Origin: Octopus sinensis
Taxonomy: Eukaryota
Length of the DNA stretch: 64,000 nt
Reading direction: 5' to 3'
Assembly (NCBI RefSeq): GCF_006345805.1
Contig: NC_042997.1
Span: 78,306,001 to 78,370,000, forward strand
A program made the position numbers and the translations under genes. Shown here one piece after another: positions 26,256 through 39,267 of this stretch; position 1 is the stretch's first letter, and every line of letters starts with the position of its first letter. The notes beneath the pieces are model-generated. The model ran no database searches, was not told the origin of the DNA, and worked only from the letters and a program-made list of their open reading frames with translations.

Positions 26256-27678
26256 ATATATATATTATATCATGAATCCTTAGTTTATTAAAATTCTCTC
26301 TGTGTGATGTTTTACAATACCAAATGGCAGCTAAGAACAGGTCCATATGAGATTATCGCCCCCTCTCATACGAACCTCTTCTTCATTACCATTTCGTAAT
26401 TTCGACACATCATCTAGAGGCAGAGATGATTTTAATAAATAAAAATGTTACGTTGTATGGTATTTGATATACCTGTATTTATTTATGTTATTCATATACA
26501 TGTCACTGATTTCTCACTGATTTTTACCTCTCACTGAATGGAGCTTCAGCATCTAACTATACCATTTTCTTGTTTATATTACCTTAAAGGAACAGTAGAC
26601 TCTGTGTGTGTGAGTGTGTGTGTGTATGCATTATGCATGTACGTATGTATGTATTCATGCATGTACGCATGTACAAACACACTCAAACACACACACATAC
26701 ACACATATATATCATCGTGCTAAGATAAGTAATATTAAAGGTATCAGCAAGAGTGATGTACAATAATGTATTATATTTATAATGAAATACAAATTAACTA
26801 TACACTTGTAGACTACCAATAGTTTCCTTGTCTCGGTATTCTAACTGTTAATCACCATACAGTGCGAACAATATTTTCGGATCACTTTTCACTCAATATA
26901 AGCTTCCTAACTCGATAGATTGTAGAAAAACAGTTCAATCGTTGTTATTGTAAAAAAAAAAAAAACATTAATTTAATAAACATTAACAATACCTGAGGAA
27001 GTATGAAAAATACGGAATACATATTACACCCACCAACCCGGCCATCAACCAGGTAGGTTCATGCTCATGCAAAAACCGTAATAGACGCACACGAGATACA
27101 GCCTGCAAAATAGAAGTAATACGTGCCACCTCTACGGAACAAAAGCCAGCTTAGACACTTCAACACTGCATAAGTATGAGAGAAGGACAATTCAAATAAG
27201 GAACTTTTAAATGTATATCGCCCTTTATATATATAAATAAAAGAAATATTACAAAATCAGCCTCCTATGATGAAAATGAAAAGAAAAAGCATCGGACAAA
27301 AGTATTATATGAAATCTTGTAAAGATTCACGCCCTTCCATGCTGGAAGTAAAACGTAGGCTCTATGCACAGAAAAGAAATATTTCATAAATAAGACCTTT
27401 GTTTGAGCATCCGGGGTATTTGGGGAATGCACATTCATTGCAAAGCACCCATTAGGCAAATGGGAAACACCACCTTTACTGAACAATAAACACGCATAAT
27501 CACAGATACCTGATAATGTTACACCTTAAACTATATTTCTATATTTACTTTTCCTTTCTACCCATATTCACTCCCTAACTCTTTAGTGATGGAGCTTAAT
27601 TTCTTCTAATCGTTTTGTTTGTTCACAACGGAAGATACGTGTGTGTATGTATGTGTGTGTGTGTGTATACAGAGAAAG

Positions 27679-27712
<34 letters not shown>

Positions 27713-27976
27713 CGATCTCTTTCTCTGTATACATATATATATATATAAACATACAAATATACATGCATATATACATACACATAGAGGTACACACATACAT
27801 ACATACATACATACATACATACGTACACATATGCATACATACATGCATGCATACATACATACATACATACATACATACATACATACATACATACATACAT
27901 ACATACATACATACATACATACATGCATACATGGTAGTTGTCTACTCTTTATGCAAAGTTTGACCACCTCCTGTAC

Positions 27977-28285
27977 CTACACCTTAAACCCGTCATGGCA
28001 TCTGATATGGCTTTTTAAACCAGACAATGTTTTGAAAAGACACCCACATAGATTGCATATCCGACTTGGACCACCAAGAGCTGCAGATAAGTTCTGATTT
28101 TTGGAGCTCTTAAAATGTATTTTGAGGCCTCCGTTAGATTTGCAAACCTTCTGGCATACATTGCATTGAAAGGTGTGCACAGACATATTGGCAAAATAGT
28201 TTGTGGAGGTTCGTTTTCCATGGGTTCGCAAATGAGATTTGAGCCCAGCAAAAGAAAGGCATGATCTGTCACAAACTGTGCACAT
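27977..28285 (-). CDS. Three C2H2-like zinc fingers, probably the C-terminus of a 5'-truncated LINE ORF2
   Basis: CTVC..GLKSHLRTH, CNVC..GLKIH (second His missing), CNLC..GLKSHIRCH. No TGEKP linkers. Followed by ~40 bp of UTR and an (ATGT)n tail-like tract. Confidence 0.55.
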   Translation of the reverse strand: MCTVCDRSCLSFAGLKSHLRTHGKRTSTNYFANMSVHTFQCNVCQKVCKSNGGLKIHFKSSKNQNLSAALGGPSRICNLCGCLFKTLSGLKSHIRCHDGFKV

Positions 28286-28750
28286 AATGATGTCCGTTTT
28301 CTAGAGCGTGAATGTGGGTTGTATGCGTGTGTGTGTGGGAGTATGAATAAGTATTGTGTTGAAGTATTTAGCTATTTTATTTATTTATTTATAGTTGCCT
28401 AGACGTTTTTATGTGTATGTATAGGGATATATATATAGGTGTGTGATTTAGTGTATGTAGTTAGATATGGTTATATATAATTAGGTATATGTGTATGGGT
28501 GTATATATAGTTTATTATTATATTATTATTATTTTTTTGTTTTGTTTTATATTTTATATTTTATATTTTATATTTTATATTTAATTGTTGATAGGTTTAT
28601 TTTAGTTTATATATTGTTTATATATTGATTATATATGGATTATATATAGGTTATATATGGATTATATATTTATATTTTTTCATTGATACTTTAATTATTT
28701 AAAAATTATTATTTTTATATTTTAAAATATTGATATTTTTGATTGGAAGT

Positions 28751-28793
28751 CCACCTGAAGATTGTCGATCAAGACAAGAAACAATTGTAGTGG
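28751..28793 (+). ncRNA. Compact minimal type I hammerhead ribozyme motif
   Basis: ccac CUGAAGA ttgtc gatcaa gacaa GAA ACAA UUGU A gtgg. Perfect 4-bp stem I, 5-bp stem II, palindromic stem III, GUA triplet, set in very AT-rich pLTR-like DNA. Confidence 0.8.
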
Positions 28794-29106
28794 CGGTTTT
28801 TTTGACTATTTATTAAAATTTTATGTATTGATTAAGTCTTTCCTTGTTTGTTTTGCAAAATAGTGGTTTTGTCTCTAATAATATTTTATAATATTTTACT
28901 ATAAAATTGGATTTAATCCTAAATCTGATTTTATTCCCTGTAAATTTGGATTTATTCCCTAATATTTATTATTATATATATATATATATATATACACATA
29001 CACACAAGGATGCATGGCCTATGAACTTTTAGCCGACTCTCATATATATATATATACATACGTACATAATTAATTACGTATGTATGTATGTATGTATGTA
29101 TGTATG

Positions 29107-29137
<31 letters not shown>

Positions 29138-30597
29138 GTATGTATGCATGCATGCATGTATTATTTATGTATGTAACTCTTCTAATTTTAATCATTAAAA
29201 TTCTTCGTCTGGAAAAAGAGCTGGTTTCTACAAGGACACAAAGCTCCTTCATTGGAATGTAGATAACGAAAACAGTTTCACAGTTTAAACCTATGGAAAG
29301 TCTTGCATATTTTTACTGTTCCACTTGCAGATAGTATTTATAATGTGAGAGTCTGATGATTTCTTTTCCTGAAAATCCAAGCTTATCCAGACTGACAATT
29401 AGGCATGTATGTATGTATGTAGCATGTATGTATGTATGTATGTATGTATGTATGTATGTATGTATGTATGTATGTATGTATGATGGAATCTCCCGTTTAT
29501 TTATATGAATATCCAGTTGTTTGATTAGGATCACCTATTCACTGAATTAGTGTACGAAATGTATGAGTATTCCAGTGACACATATACCATTAAAGTAATT
29601 TTCAATGCAATAGACAGGGTTGATCCTTTGAATTATATACATACCGTCGTTTGGATTTTCGTTTTTTCTTAAACAGATGTTTTTTTCTGGGCTTTTTATT
29701 TTTACATTTACATATATGAATTTAATTGTGTTTTCTGGATTAATTCAAAATTTAACTTGATAAAATGCACCAATGAAAACCATTGGAAAAATACTGATGA
29801 ATTTGTATACACAAAAGTTATCGGCTTGTGTCAATGTGGTAACTAGAATGGAGAAATGATTCATTTTTTCTCTTTTAATTACCAAACATAATCAAGATGT
29901 ATATTGAAGAAAGGAATTCAGCAGAAAGTTTCTGAGAGGACGCAGAAGGTTGCTAAAAAACGTTGTAAAGCATCTACATCAACCATTGTAACTTCTATTG
30001 AGAGGTTGCTGATTCGATAGATATATCACTTTACTGCAGGCAAATAGTATGGAATGATCTTTATGTATGTATGTATGCATAATTGCAAGAAAGAAGCCAG
30101 TGATTACGACGAATGTGACCAAATTCTGCAGCGAGGAATACTATGTCTGGTCATCAATAAATTGAAAAGCAAATGAAAGTAAATCTGAGGAAATTTCACT
30201 TTTTCATTATCAGTGTCAAATCGACACTGGAAAAGGTATATGTATTTGTGAAGGGATCTGACTTCTCGTCGACAACCATGATTGTCACACGCTGATGAAA
30301 GGTAAACACCTTGAAACTCGGGTACGTGTGTATCATGTGTTGAAGACGGGGAGGATGACTCCCCTTCACAAATACTGACAGGACACAGATAGTGTGTCTA
30401 TAGCCAACTGGAGGAGATATCTTCCTGGGGCTACAAACTACAGTAGCATCCACCCTTATGGGTTAGCCATATTCAAATGGCAAATATGCAACACGATGTG
30501 TTACCGCTACTGTTTATAACTCGCTCTGAGATTTATCATTGTTATATATATATATTATATGTATTGTATATATATTGTGTATATATATTATATTTAT

Positions 30598-30824
30598 TTC
30601 TTTATTGCCCACAAGGGGCTAAACATAGAGGGGACAAACAAGGACAGACAAAGGGATTAAGTCGATTACATCGACACCAGTGCGAAACTCGTACTTTATT
30701 TATCGACCCCGAAAGGATGAAAGGCAAAGTCGACCTCGGCGGAATTTGAACTCAGAACGTAACGACAGACGAAATGCCGCTAAGCATTTCGCCTGGCGCG
30801 CTAACGTGTCTGCCAACTCGCCGC
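30598..30824 (-). mobile_element. tRNA-derived SINE (second family)
   Basis: Minus strand: GCGGCGAGTTGGCAGACACGTTAG (A box-like), GAGTTCAAATTCC (B box), central GTCGACTTTGCCTTTCATCCTTTCGGGGTCGATAAA. Confidence 0.82.
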
Positions 30825-30850
30825 TTTGTGTATTTATTATATTCTATATG

Positions 30851-30883
<33 letters not shown>

Positions 30884-30885
<2 letters not shown>

Positions 30886-33800
30886 AATCCTTAAAAATGT
30901 TTTAGCCCGAAGGCTGCGGCCATGCTGGGGCACCACCGCTGAATGTGCTACACTAATATGTAAATCCACCTCTGATACATGGCACTTGGTCAACAAGGGA
31001 GTTCGATGCCGCTGCCCGCATCTGTGTCTCCTGTCGTGAGGTAGGTCCATCTGAGACCCCCGACAAGAAGAGATCCAGTTTAGTTTTAAAGAAACCCACA
31101 TCCACACCATGCAAGTCTCTCAAGCATTTAGGGAGGATGTTAAAGCGCTGTGGTCCTCTGAAACCCAAGCTGTTGCAGTGTCTGGTCCTGTATTTTGATG
31201 GTGATGTTGGAATCTTTGGCACCATGCAGTGGCGCCCCGTTCTGCGGTTGGGGTAACTTTGAATGCCAAAGTTTGGGACAAGACCCTCCAGGATTTTCCA
31301 GATGTATATCACCGCATATCTCTCCCGCCTTCGCTCTAGGGAGAAGAGGTTTAATACTTTCAGTCTTTCCCAGTAGCTGATATTTTGCATTGAGACGATC
31401 TTCTCTGTGAGGTTCTTTGAATTGCTTCGAGTTCTGCTGTTAGTTTTATATTGTGTGGTAACCATAGTTGGGAGCAGTAGTCCAAGCGGCTGAGGACGAA
31501 AGTTTTCCAGAGGACCATCTGTATCTCCTTCTCTCTTGTTCTGAATGTTCGGAGAATTCATCCAGCTAGCCGTCTGCATTTTATCACCAGATTGGTAATA
31601 TGCACTTGGAAAGATGCATCATTGCTCATGTCAATGCCCAGGTCACGCACTGATTTTGACTCAGGGATTGCAATTCTTCCCGGGCCAGTGTATCCAGTCT
31701 GCATGTCGTTTACCTTTGTGTGCCGGTAACGCAGGGCCTGGAACTTACCTGCATTAAACTGCATGTTGTTGTCCTCAGCCCACCTGTATATTATATCCAA
31801 CTCCTTTTGCAGATGTACAATATTCCAGGGTTTTGTATTGTGTGGGAGACTTTTGTGTCATCTGCATAGCTAGCAAGAGTGGCCATCTTAGCAACTGAGG
31901 GCATGTCTGAAAGGGCCACTATGAACAGCAGTGGCCCCAAGACAGTGCCCTGTGGAACACCGCTTGTTATTTGTGTTTCCTTGGGGTGACTCAATTGGTC
32001 ACAACTGCCTGTCTTCTATCTTTTAGGAAATTGTGCAGCCACTCTCCAAGTTTTCCGCCTATGCCGAGACCACGCAGTTTGTGACAAATCATACCGTGGT
32101 CGACTTTATCAAAGGCTTTTGCAAAGTCGAGATATATCACATCCATATTTGAGCCATTTAGTAGCTGTTTTAACACCCAGTCATAGTGTTGCAGGAGCTG
32201 TGTTAGGCAGCTTCTACCTGGTCGAAATCCATGCTGGGTGTCAGTCAACAAGTCATTTTCTTGAAGGAACATGATTAGTTTCTTGCGGACTATTCGTTCC
32301 ATGACTTTGCTGACGTCAGAGAGATAGGCCTATAATATTTAGCATCTGCTCTGCTTCCTCCCTTATGAATGGGGCATATTACCCCCTCTTTAAATTTAAC
32401 TGGAAGCTTACCACTTGCAAGAAAGCTCTGAAAAAGAAGCTGTAGCGGTTTTGCAAGGGCTCGTTTGCACGATTTGAGAAGGATCGCTGGAAATCCATCA
32501 GGTCCAGCAGCTGAGTTTGTGTCAATCTCATCTATGGCCAGTGTGATATCATCATCTTCAATGTTGATGTACTCAATTTTTGCCTCTTTGGCCGCAGGTA
32601 AAGTGGCAAAGAATTCTCCTGGGTTTTTTACTTGCCTGTGTCCTAGAGGTGTAGTGAACACACTTTGGAACTGTTCGTTCAGTATTTCACTCATCCTCGT
32701 GGGATTTCCTGTGAGAGAGCTATCTTTTTGGAAGAGAGGTCCTATTCTCTGGTGCACTGTGGCTGTCTCTTTGGCAAACTTAAAGTTGCTTTAGGGTTTG
32801 ACTTTATATTTTCTATTACCCAAGCTTCTGCTCTCTCCTTTTCATGAGAATGATGTAGACTTTTCTCAGTTTCCATTAGCATTCTCTCGAGCCGAGACTT
32901 CTCACCACATTTGGTGTGCTTGCTCAAGCGGTTCGCAATCCTTGTCCGTCGTCTCATAAGAATCTTCCTTTCTCTAGGGATCCTGTTTTTGTTTTTGTAT
33001 GTTCTGGCCCTGCACACTGAGACATATTTGTCACATATGGCTTGTATTATGGACATGAAGTGTTTGTGTTTCATGTTAATGTCCGGTGTGGAAAGACATT
33101 TAGGCCAATTCTGTTTGAGGATCTCTTTCTCGATCAACTTCCAATTGGCTTTATGAAAGTTTAAGTTGGAGAGATGGTGGATGCTTCGTATAGGCTGTAT
33201 GTCTGCGGGGGCTTTTGGTCCATACATTGACAGCTCTATTATGTTGTGATCCGAGATCATTGTCGGCATCACTTTAACATTATGGATAATATCCATATTC
33301 TTTGTGAAGCAGAGATCCAGTATATTATCTGCCCTGGTTGGTTGCAGCATTATTTGCTCCATGAACGAGGCATTTGTGAGACGGAGAAGGGACTCTGCCT
33401 GTGCCTGCTGATGGTGTGTCATCCCTGGGAGCATCTGCCCCCCAGGTCATTCCACATTGGGGAAGTTAAAGTCACCCATGAAGAATACACTGTTGTGTTG
33501 TTCCAGGTTGGTGAGAACTTCTATTTTTCTTAGGCAGTCTTCAAACATGCCTGAGTGATTTGGGGCATGCGGTGGGCGATATGTAGTACATATGGCGATA
33601 TTCAGTTGTCTTAAGTGTACAATTTTAGTCTCACACACTGAGTTTGAATATGACATCAGGACCTGGGGCGTGAGGTCATCTCGGATGTACATTGCAACTC
33701 CACCATGGCTCCTCCCTTTTCTATCTGAGCGTATGACAGCATATTGAGGTATGTGTATTTCTGCACCCCCTATATCGGGTATAAGATGCGTATCTATGAG

Positions 33801-34758
33801 TGCCATGCATATAGCTTAATTGTATGCCACAAGGTCTCTCAGGAATGACATTTTTTTTTACAGTTGCCGCGCAGCAGCCCTCCTACGTTCAGTAGAAACA
33901 TTTTTGTGGTGTGTGTGTTGGTGTCTGTGGTGGCCATCTGTAGGTGGTGGCCTTATGTGGTAGTTCCAGCTTTGTGTTTGTAGCCAGGTCAGCTGCTGAA
34001 CAAAAAAGATTGCTGTTCAGTTGCTGCCCTTCTCACATCTGGGTGAAACTGGCCATTTATTGGGCTACCGCGCACTACATCCGCATATCGTCTTTCAAGA
34101 GTGGTCAGTGCGCCATTTTTCCTTCTTTTATATTTTTCTTTATCTTTTTGTTCTCCCCGAGTGAGGGATTTTTGTCTTGTGTCCATGCGGTTTTGGCAGG
34201 GCTTCTGATGTGCAAAACGACAGTTTGCACCATCGACGCCATGCCAGCAGTCTCCCTTCAGGTAGAATTTGCAGATGTTTCTGCTTTTGTCCTTATAGTT
34301 TTTGTTGGGGTTCTTCTGTTTTTTCTGAACAGTGTTTATTTTAGTTTTCTTGTCTTTTACTTCTTGTTTTCCGTCGATTTTAGGGTGATTTCCTTTTTTT
34401 GCGGCCATCGCACCTCTTTGGTCTTCAGTTGTGTTGGGAGCTGGACATGTGCCATTGTTTCACTTGGTTGCTCGGTTGTGTTTTTTGTTGGGTTTTGGAT
34501 GTTATCTCCATCCTTTTGGTGTTCCCTGGTGCAGTCACCTCCTAGGATGATGTCCAGATTGTCCATGTGTTGCCTGATTAGATCGTATGAAAGGAGGAAT
34601 TCTCGTTTCTTTCGCTCTATCTGGGCGGTGGTCCTCGAGAAATCATTGCTCTTAAGCGTCGCTGCAATGATATTGTTTGGCGAGTCGCCCTCGGCAATCT
34701 TCCAGGCGGGGACGAACAATTGCAACTCCCTCGCAGACCAGTTCTTTGACATTTTCGC
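30884..34758 (-). mobile_element. Long CR1/L2-group LINE, frameshifted (ORF1 + APE-RT ORF2 + 3' tail)
   Basis: APE: GGVAMYI, FMGDFN, DNILDL, SDHN. RT: AAGPDG, YRPISLTS, QHGFRPGRSC, YLDFAKAFDKV, SGVPQGTVLGPLLF, YADDTK, VRDLG, LSYWERLKVLNLFSLERRRER-like thumb. 3' end GGTGGTGCCCCAGCATGGCCGCAG. Confidence 0.92.
33989..34752 (-). pseudogene. LINE ORF1-position protein: Myb/SANT-like domain plus CCCH zinc finger (one frameshift near 34400)
   Basis: ATG at 34752: MSKNWSARELQLFVPAW...IAATLKSNDFSRTTAQIERKKREFLLSYDLIR; after a shift near an A7 run, ICKFYLKGDCWHGVDGANCRFAHQKPC. Domain calls by motif resemblance only. Confidence 0.6.
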
Positions 34759-34769
34759 CTGAGATACAG

Positions 34770-35700
34770 TGAGAGTGAAATAGAGGAACAGAGAGAGAAG
34801 GAAAGATAAGATGGTTGACCTGAGAGGGAGAGGAGAGAAGAAAAAAGCTGGTGGCAGATCAGCCAGGAGCCGGGATAGAGAGAGAGACAAGGGTATTGAC
34901 CTGAGAAAAGAGAGAAAGAATGGCAGGTCAGCAGGGGAGAGTGAGCGGGATAGAGGTTTGGTAGAGAGAAAGTAAAGAGACAGGGAGGAAAAGAGAGACA
35001 TGGAGATGGACCATAGGGGAGCAGGGAGAAGAAAAGCAGAGAGAAAAAATGGAGAGGGAGAGAGAGGGTGGGATAGAGGTACCAGAGAGTGAAGTAAAGG
35101 GACAGAGAAGGTGGTGTGGAGAAAGAAGGAGACAGAGAGAGGAAAAGAGAAACAAGGGGTGAACCTTAGAGGGAGCAGGGAGAGGAAAGGTAGGAAGAAA
35201 AAGGGGAGAGGGAAAGAGGGAGCGCGATAGAGGTGCAAGAGAGTGTAGTAAAGGGACAGGGAGGGTGGTGTAGAGAAAGAAGTAAGGGGACAGAAGGAGG
35301 AAAAGAGAGAAAGGAGTATCACCTGAGAAGGAGCGGAGTGAAGAGAGGCAGAGAGAGGGAGATAGAGTAAAAGAGAGAGAGGGAGAGAGAGAGAAAAAGA
35401 GAGAGGGAGAGAGAGAGGGAGAGAGAGAGGGAGAGAGAGAGGGAGAGAGAGAGGGTGGGATAGAGATACAAGAGAGAATGAGTGAAGTAGAGGAACAGAG
35501 AGGGGGGTAAGATGTGAGAAAGTTGATCTGAGAGAGCGCGGGGAGAGAGATACAGAAAGAGAAACGATGGCAGAGAGAGGGAGAGAGAGATAAGAGAGAG
35601 GAATAGAGGGTCCGAGGGAGGGAGAGACAGATAAGGAGGGGAGAATTGTAAGAAAGAGATAGAAAGAGTAAGGCAGGTTACACAGTTAGTCAGGATTGAG
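34770..35700. repeat. Purine-rich degenerate tandem repeat block
   Basis: Recurrent GGGATAGAGG...AGAGAGTG.AGTAAAGGGACAG units near 34948, 35070, 35224 and 35458, with (GA)n in between. Confidence 0.7.
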
Positions 35701-37559
35701 AGAAGAAAACACACTGTATCTCGGACGAATTTATATACAAACAGACGCGCGTTTAAAAATAAAAATACCGTAATCTATAATCGCGATTATTAGGCGACCT
35801 TAGAACCGTAAGATCGTCAATTATTAATAATAATAAATAATATTTTTTTCTTACCTTCTGGTTGAGAGAACACTTACCTTCACTCTGTTTTAGAAGAAAG
35901 GAAGATATAAAAGACAGACCTTCAATATTCCGGTATTCTTTACTTGCATTTTGTAAACAAAAGAAAAGAATAGAGTTCCGATGTTCGTAGATGCAATATT
36001 TTACGGTTTGTTTTCATGTTTTGATCAGCTTGATAATTTAATATTTGAGCGATTCGATATCAGGAAGTAGCTTTTCAGAGGTTTTCAAACACGTGGCTTT
36101 AGCACATGTGTTCGGTTCTTCGCGAGGTATGTTTTAGTTGCATATACTACATCAAAAGCGAAAATATTCTTCTCAAATACAGTGTCTTGTACTTTCACTT
36201 ATATTTGCTTTATAGTCAAAATTCACTTCTGATAACATCGATCTCTTGAAGGTTCTTCTAAACTTTCGGAGCCATCTTGATATATATATTATAAATTTAA
36301 ATAATTTGGGAAAATGAATTTCCAAATCAAAATATATGATAGAAGTCAATAATAATTCAGTTTTAGGGATTAATAGATATGCGGGTATTCTATTTCAGAT
36401 TATGCAAAAAAAAACCTAATGAGTATATCTCATGGTAAACTCGTAGTATCTATTTGCACATCACGAAATAATACTTTAAAAGATATAACCAGTATACCAG
36501 CAGGGTATAAAATATACTTCCTTAATTATCTCCTACTTAAGTTAAAATTGAAATTATCGATTATGAAGGAACTACACGTGTTGCAGTATTGGAAGATTAT
36601 AATATATATATATATAATATATATATATATATTATATATATATATATATATGCATATATGCGTGTGTGTGTGTGTGGGTGTAATCATCAGATTTACAATT
36701 CTACCAACACATCTTCAGGTTCTTTTTCAAAATATTGTTAATCTAATTTTACATGACCTTAAAATTAAACGTTAAATTAAACATTAAATTAAACATTAAA
36801 AAGTAAAAAATAATACTTTATAAAGTTAAGAATTAAAAATTATAAATTATACATTATAAATATGAATTAATATACATATATCAAAGTTATACATATATCA
36901 AACTTATAAAGTCAAGTATATCATGTCAAATACAAAATATAAGATACAAAATATACATCAGAATAAAAATATCTGTGATTAAATATGGAAAATAATATAA
37001 AAAATGCAGATACATATTCTCCTTTGATGGAACCAAGATGTCTTTCAAAATGGTGATTAGAGGACGTAAAGATCGCAGAGCACTATGGGAATTTATAGGT
37101 GATTAGTACCAAGGGGGATAATGCATAGTTTAATTTAAATTATCTTCTATTATTATCTTCAATCTATGTTGAGGGATATATATAATATAATTTTTAGTAA
37201 TATTTATTTATTTAATTATTTATATAATCTATTCAAGTACTGTAGAAATCAAAAGTGTGTGGTTATTAGATTCAAGGAGTGGGGTTCAGTATTTCATTTT
37301 ATTGAAAGTAAAATTACTTTTGTGTCTATATTTTCTTCCTCGTTCATCGCATGTGTTTGGTAATTTATCTCTAAGCTGTAGCAGTTTCATAAATTCTGTT
37401 ATACATAATAAACATATTTTATTCCCAATATTATAAGAGTGATCTCTACCTATCATATCCCAACTAAGGGTGTAATCTTTTTTCTGGATTTTAATTCCGA
37501 TATATATTTACTTAAACCTGTGGGCAACTCGGGCCATTGAAATCCAAACTATTGCAATA

Positions 37560-37925
37560 ATGTGTCCTTATGGCATGTTGCAGTGCCGTCCATTTCGAAT
37601 ATTGTTATGACTGTCAATTCCAAAATTGGGTGCTAAGCCCGCCAAGATCTTCCAAATATATATCACCGCATATCTCTCTCGTCTTCTCTCCAGAGAAGAG
37701 TGACTCACCTCTTTTAGTCTCTCACAGTAGCCCATCTTTTACATCGAGTCAATCTTTGTGTATTGGCGTTGGATTGCTTCGAGTTTCACAGTTTGTTTTA
37801 CACTCTCTGGGGCCCATAGCTGGGAGCAGTAGTCCAAACGGTTGAGAATGAAAGTTCTCCATAGGAGTAACAGCGCCTCCCTTTTCCTGGCTCTGAATAA
37901 CCTCAGAATCCAGCCAGCCACTCAC
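37560..37925 (-). mobile_element. Second CR1/L2-group LINE fragment (RT thumb region)
   Basis: MAGWILRLFRARKREALLLLWRTFILNRLDYCSQLWAP...KLEAIQRQYTK; related to 31300-31580. Confidence 0.8.
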
Positions 37926-39218
37926 AATTACTTCCATACTTCTGATGCATGAATAATTTGACATCGGCATATAATAGTGTCACCATTTGACTTTTTAATA
38001 AAACTTATTAAAAACAAAAAATTCTGATTTTTATATTACATTCATGTCTTTCAAAGATTTTTAAATATTAACTTCCGGTTTTCTAGCGTCAGTGATGTAA
38101 CATATCTCTTTATGTATACCTCTCTATCCATCTCTCTCTATCTCTCTGTAACAGCCCTCACTATATATATCTCTTGTTTTCACTTTCATTTTTCAGACGC
38201 TATTGTTTTCACTTTCAGTTTTTATACACCATTGTTTCACTTCCATGTTTTTGCTTTCACTTTAAGTCTAAGTTTTGAATCGCTATTTACAAACAAACAA
38301 CAAATTACTGACAAAAAGAAGTTCACAATTACTGATGTAATTTCATAATTTACTGACAGAAGTATCTTTGTTAATTTCATTTTAATCCATACAGTTCCGT
38401 GTTTTTCTGTTGTCGACGGTTTCTTTATGGTTCCTTCGATACTGGCTCTTTGGTTCACTGAGTGACAAATTTCGTTTCAACCCGCACAATACTTCATTTT
38501 CCGTTAAAATTTCTTATTTACTTTCTGCCCGTCGTATTAAGAAAAATAATTTCCATTACCAAGTTATTTTCATTGTTTACTATCTTCTGCACTCGTGTAT
38601 TTCTGTATACATATATAACCATGTGTACAAGGAAAGTGTCAAATTTGTCGGCATAAATGCATATTTATGTCCCACCCACCCATCCACCAAATTTCGATGA
38701 TCATAACTTTCAGAAAAATTGATATGATTTAATAAAATTTTCTACGAATATGTGTTACATCATGTCCATTACGAATATATACAATTTTTTTGTTTTTTTT
38801 TTGGCGGGGCGTAAGTGTTTTAGGAGGGAGTGAAGAATTTCTGAAAATTCACCGGAGTTTACTTCAATTCGTCTTCACTTTCAAGAAAATGGATATTTTT
38901 TAATGAAATTCTCTACAAATATACCTTGGAATATTACTAGATTAAATTCTTTCAAAAAGGTTTCTCAATATCAACTTCCAGTATTGACAAAACCAGCGAT
39001 GTCTGTTCCTGTCTAATCTTTAATGTTTTATTTTCAATTTTTAAATCGCTATTTGCAAACAACTACGATAAATTACTGAAAGAATTATTTACTAAGTTCA
39101 CAAATTTAAATATTCGGGACAAAATAGTTTTCAACGTGCTTCTATTTATACGATTTTTTCATTCCATGTCCATCTCATTCATTGTTTGCAATGTTCTCTC
39201 TTTCTCTCTTTCTCTCTC

Positions 39219-39267
<49 letters not shown>

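Noticed and set aside
27977-28285. Assignment to a canonical tandem C2H2 transcription-factor gene
   Set aside because: No TGEKP linkers, one finger lacks the second His, and the flanks look like a retroposed 3' end. Kept only as an alternative.
33944-34762. 272-aa plus-strand ORF
   Set aside because: Antisense shadow of the LINE ORF1 region; its hydrophobic composition reflects the A-rich opposite strand.
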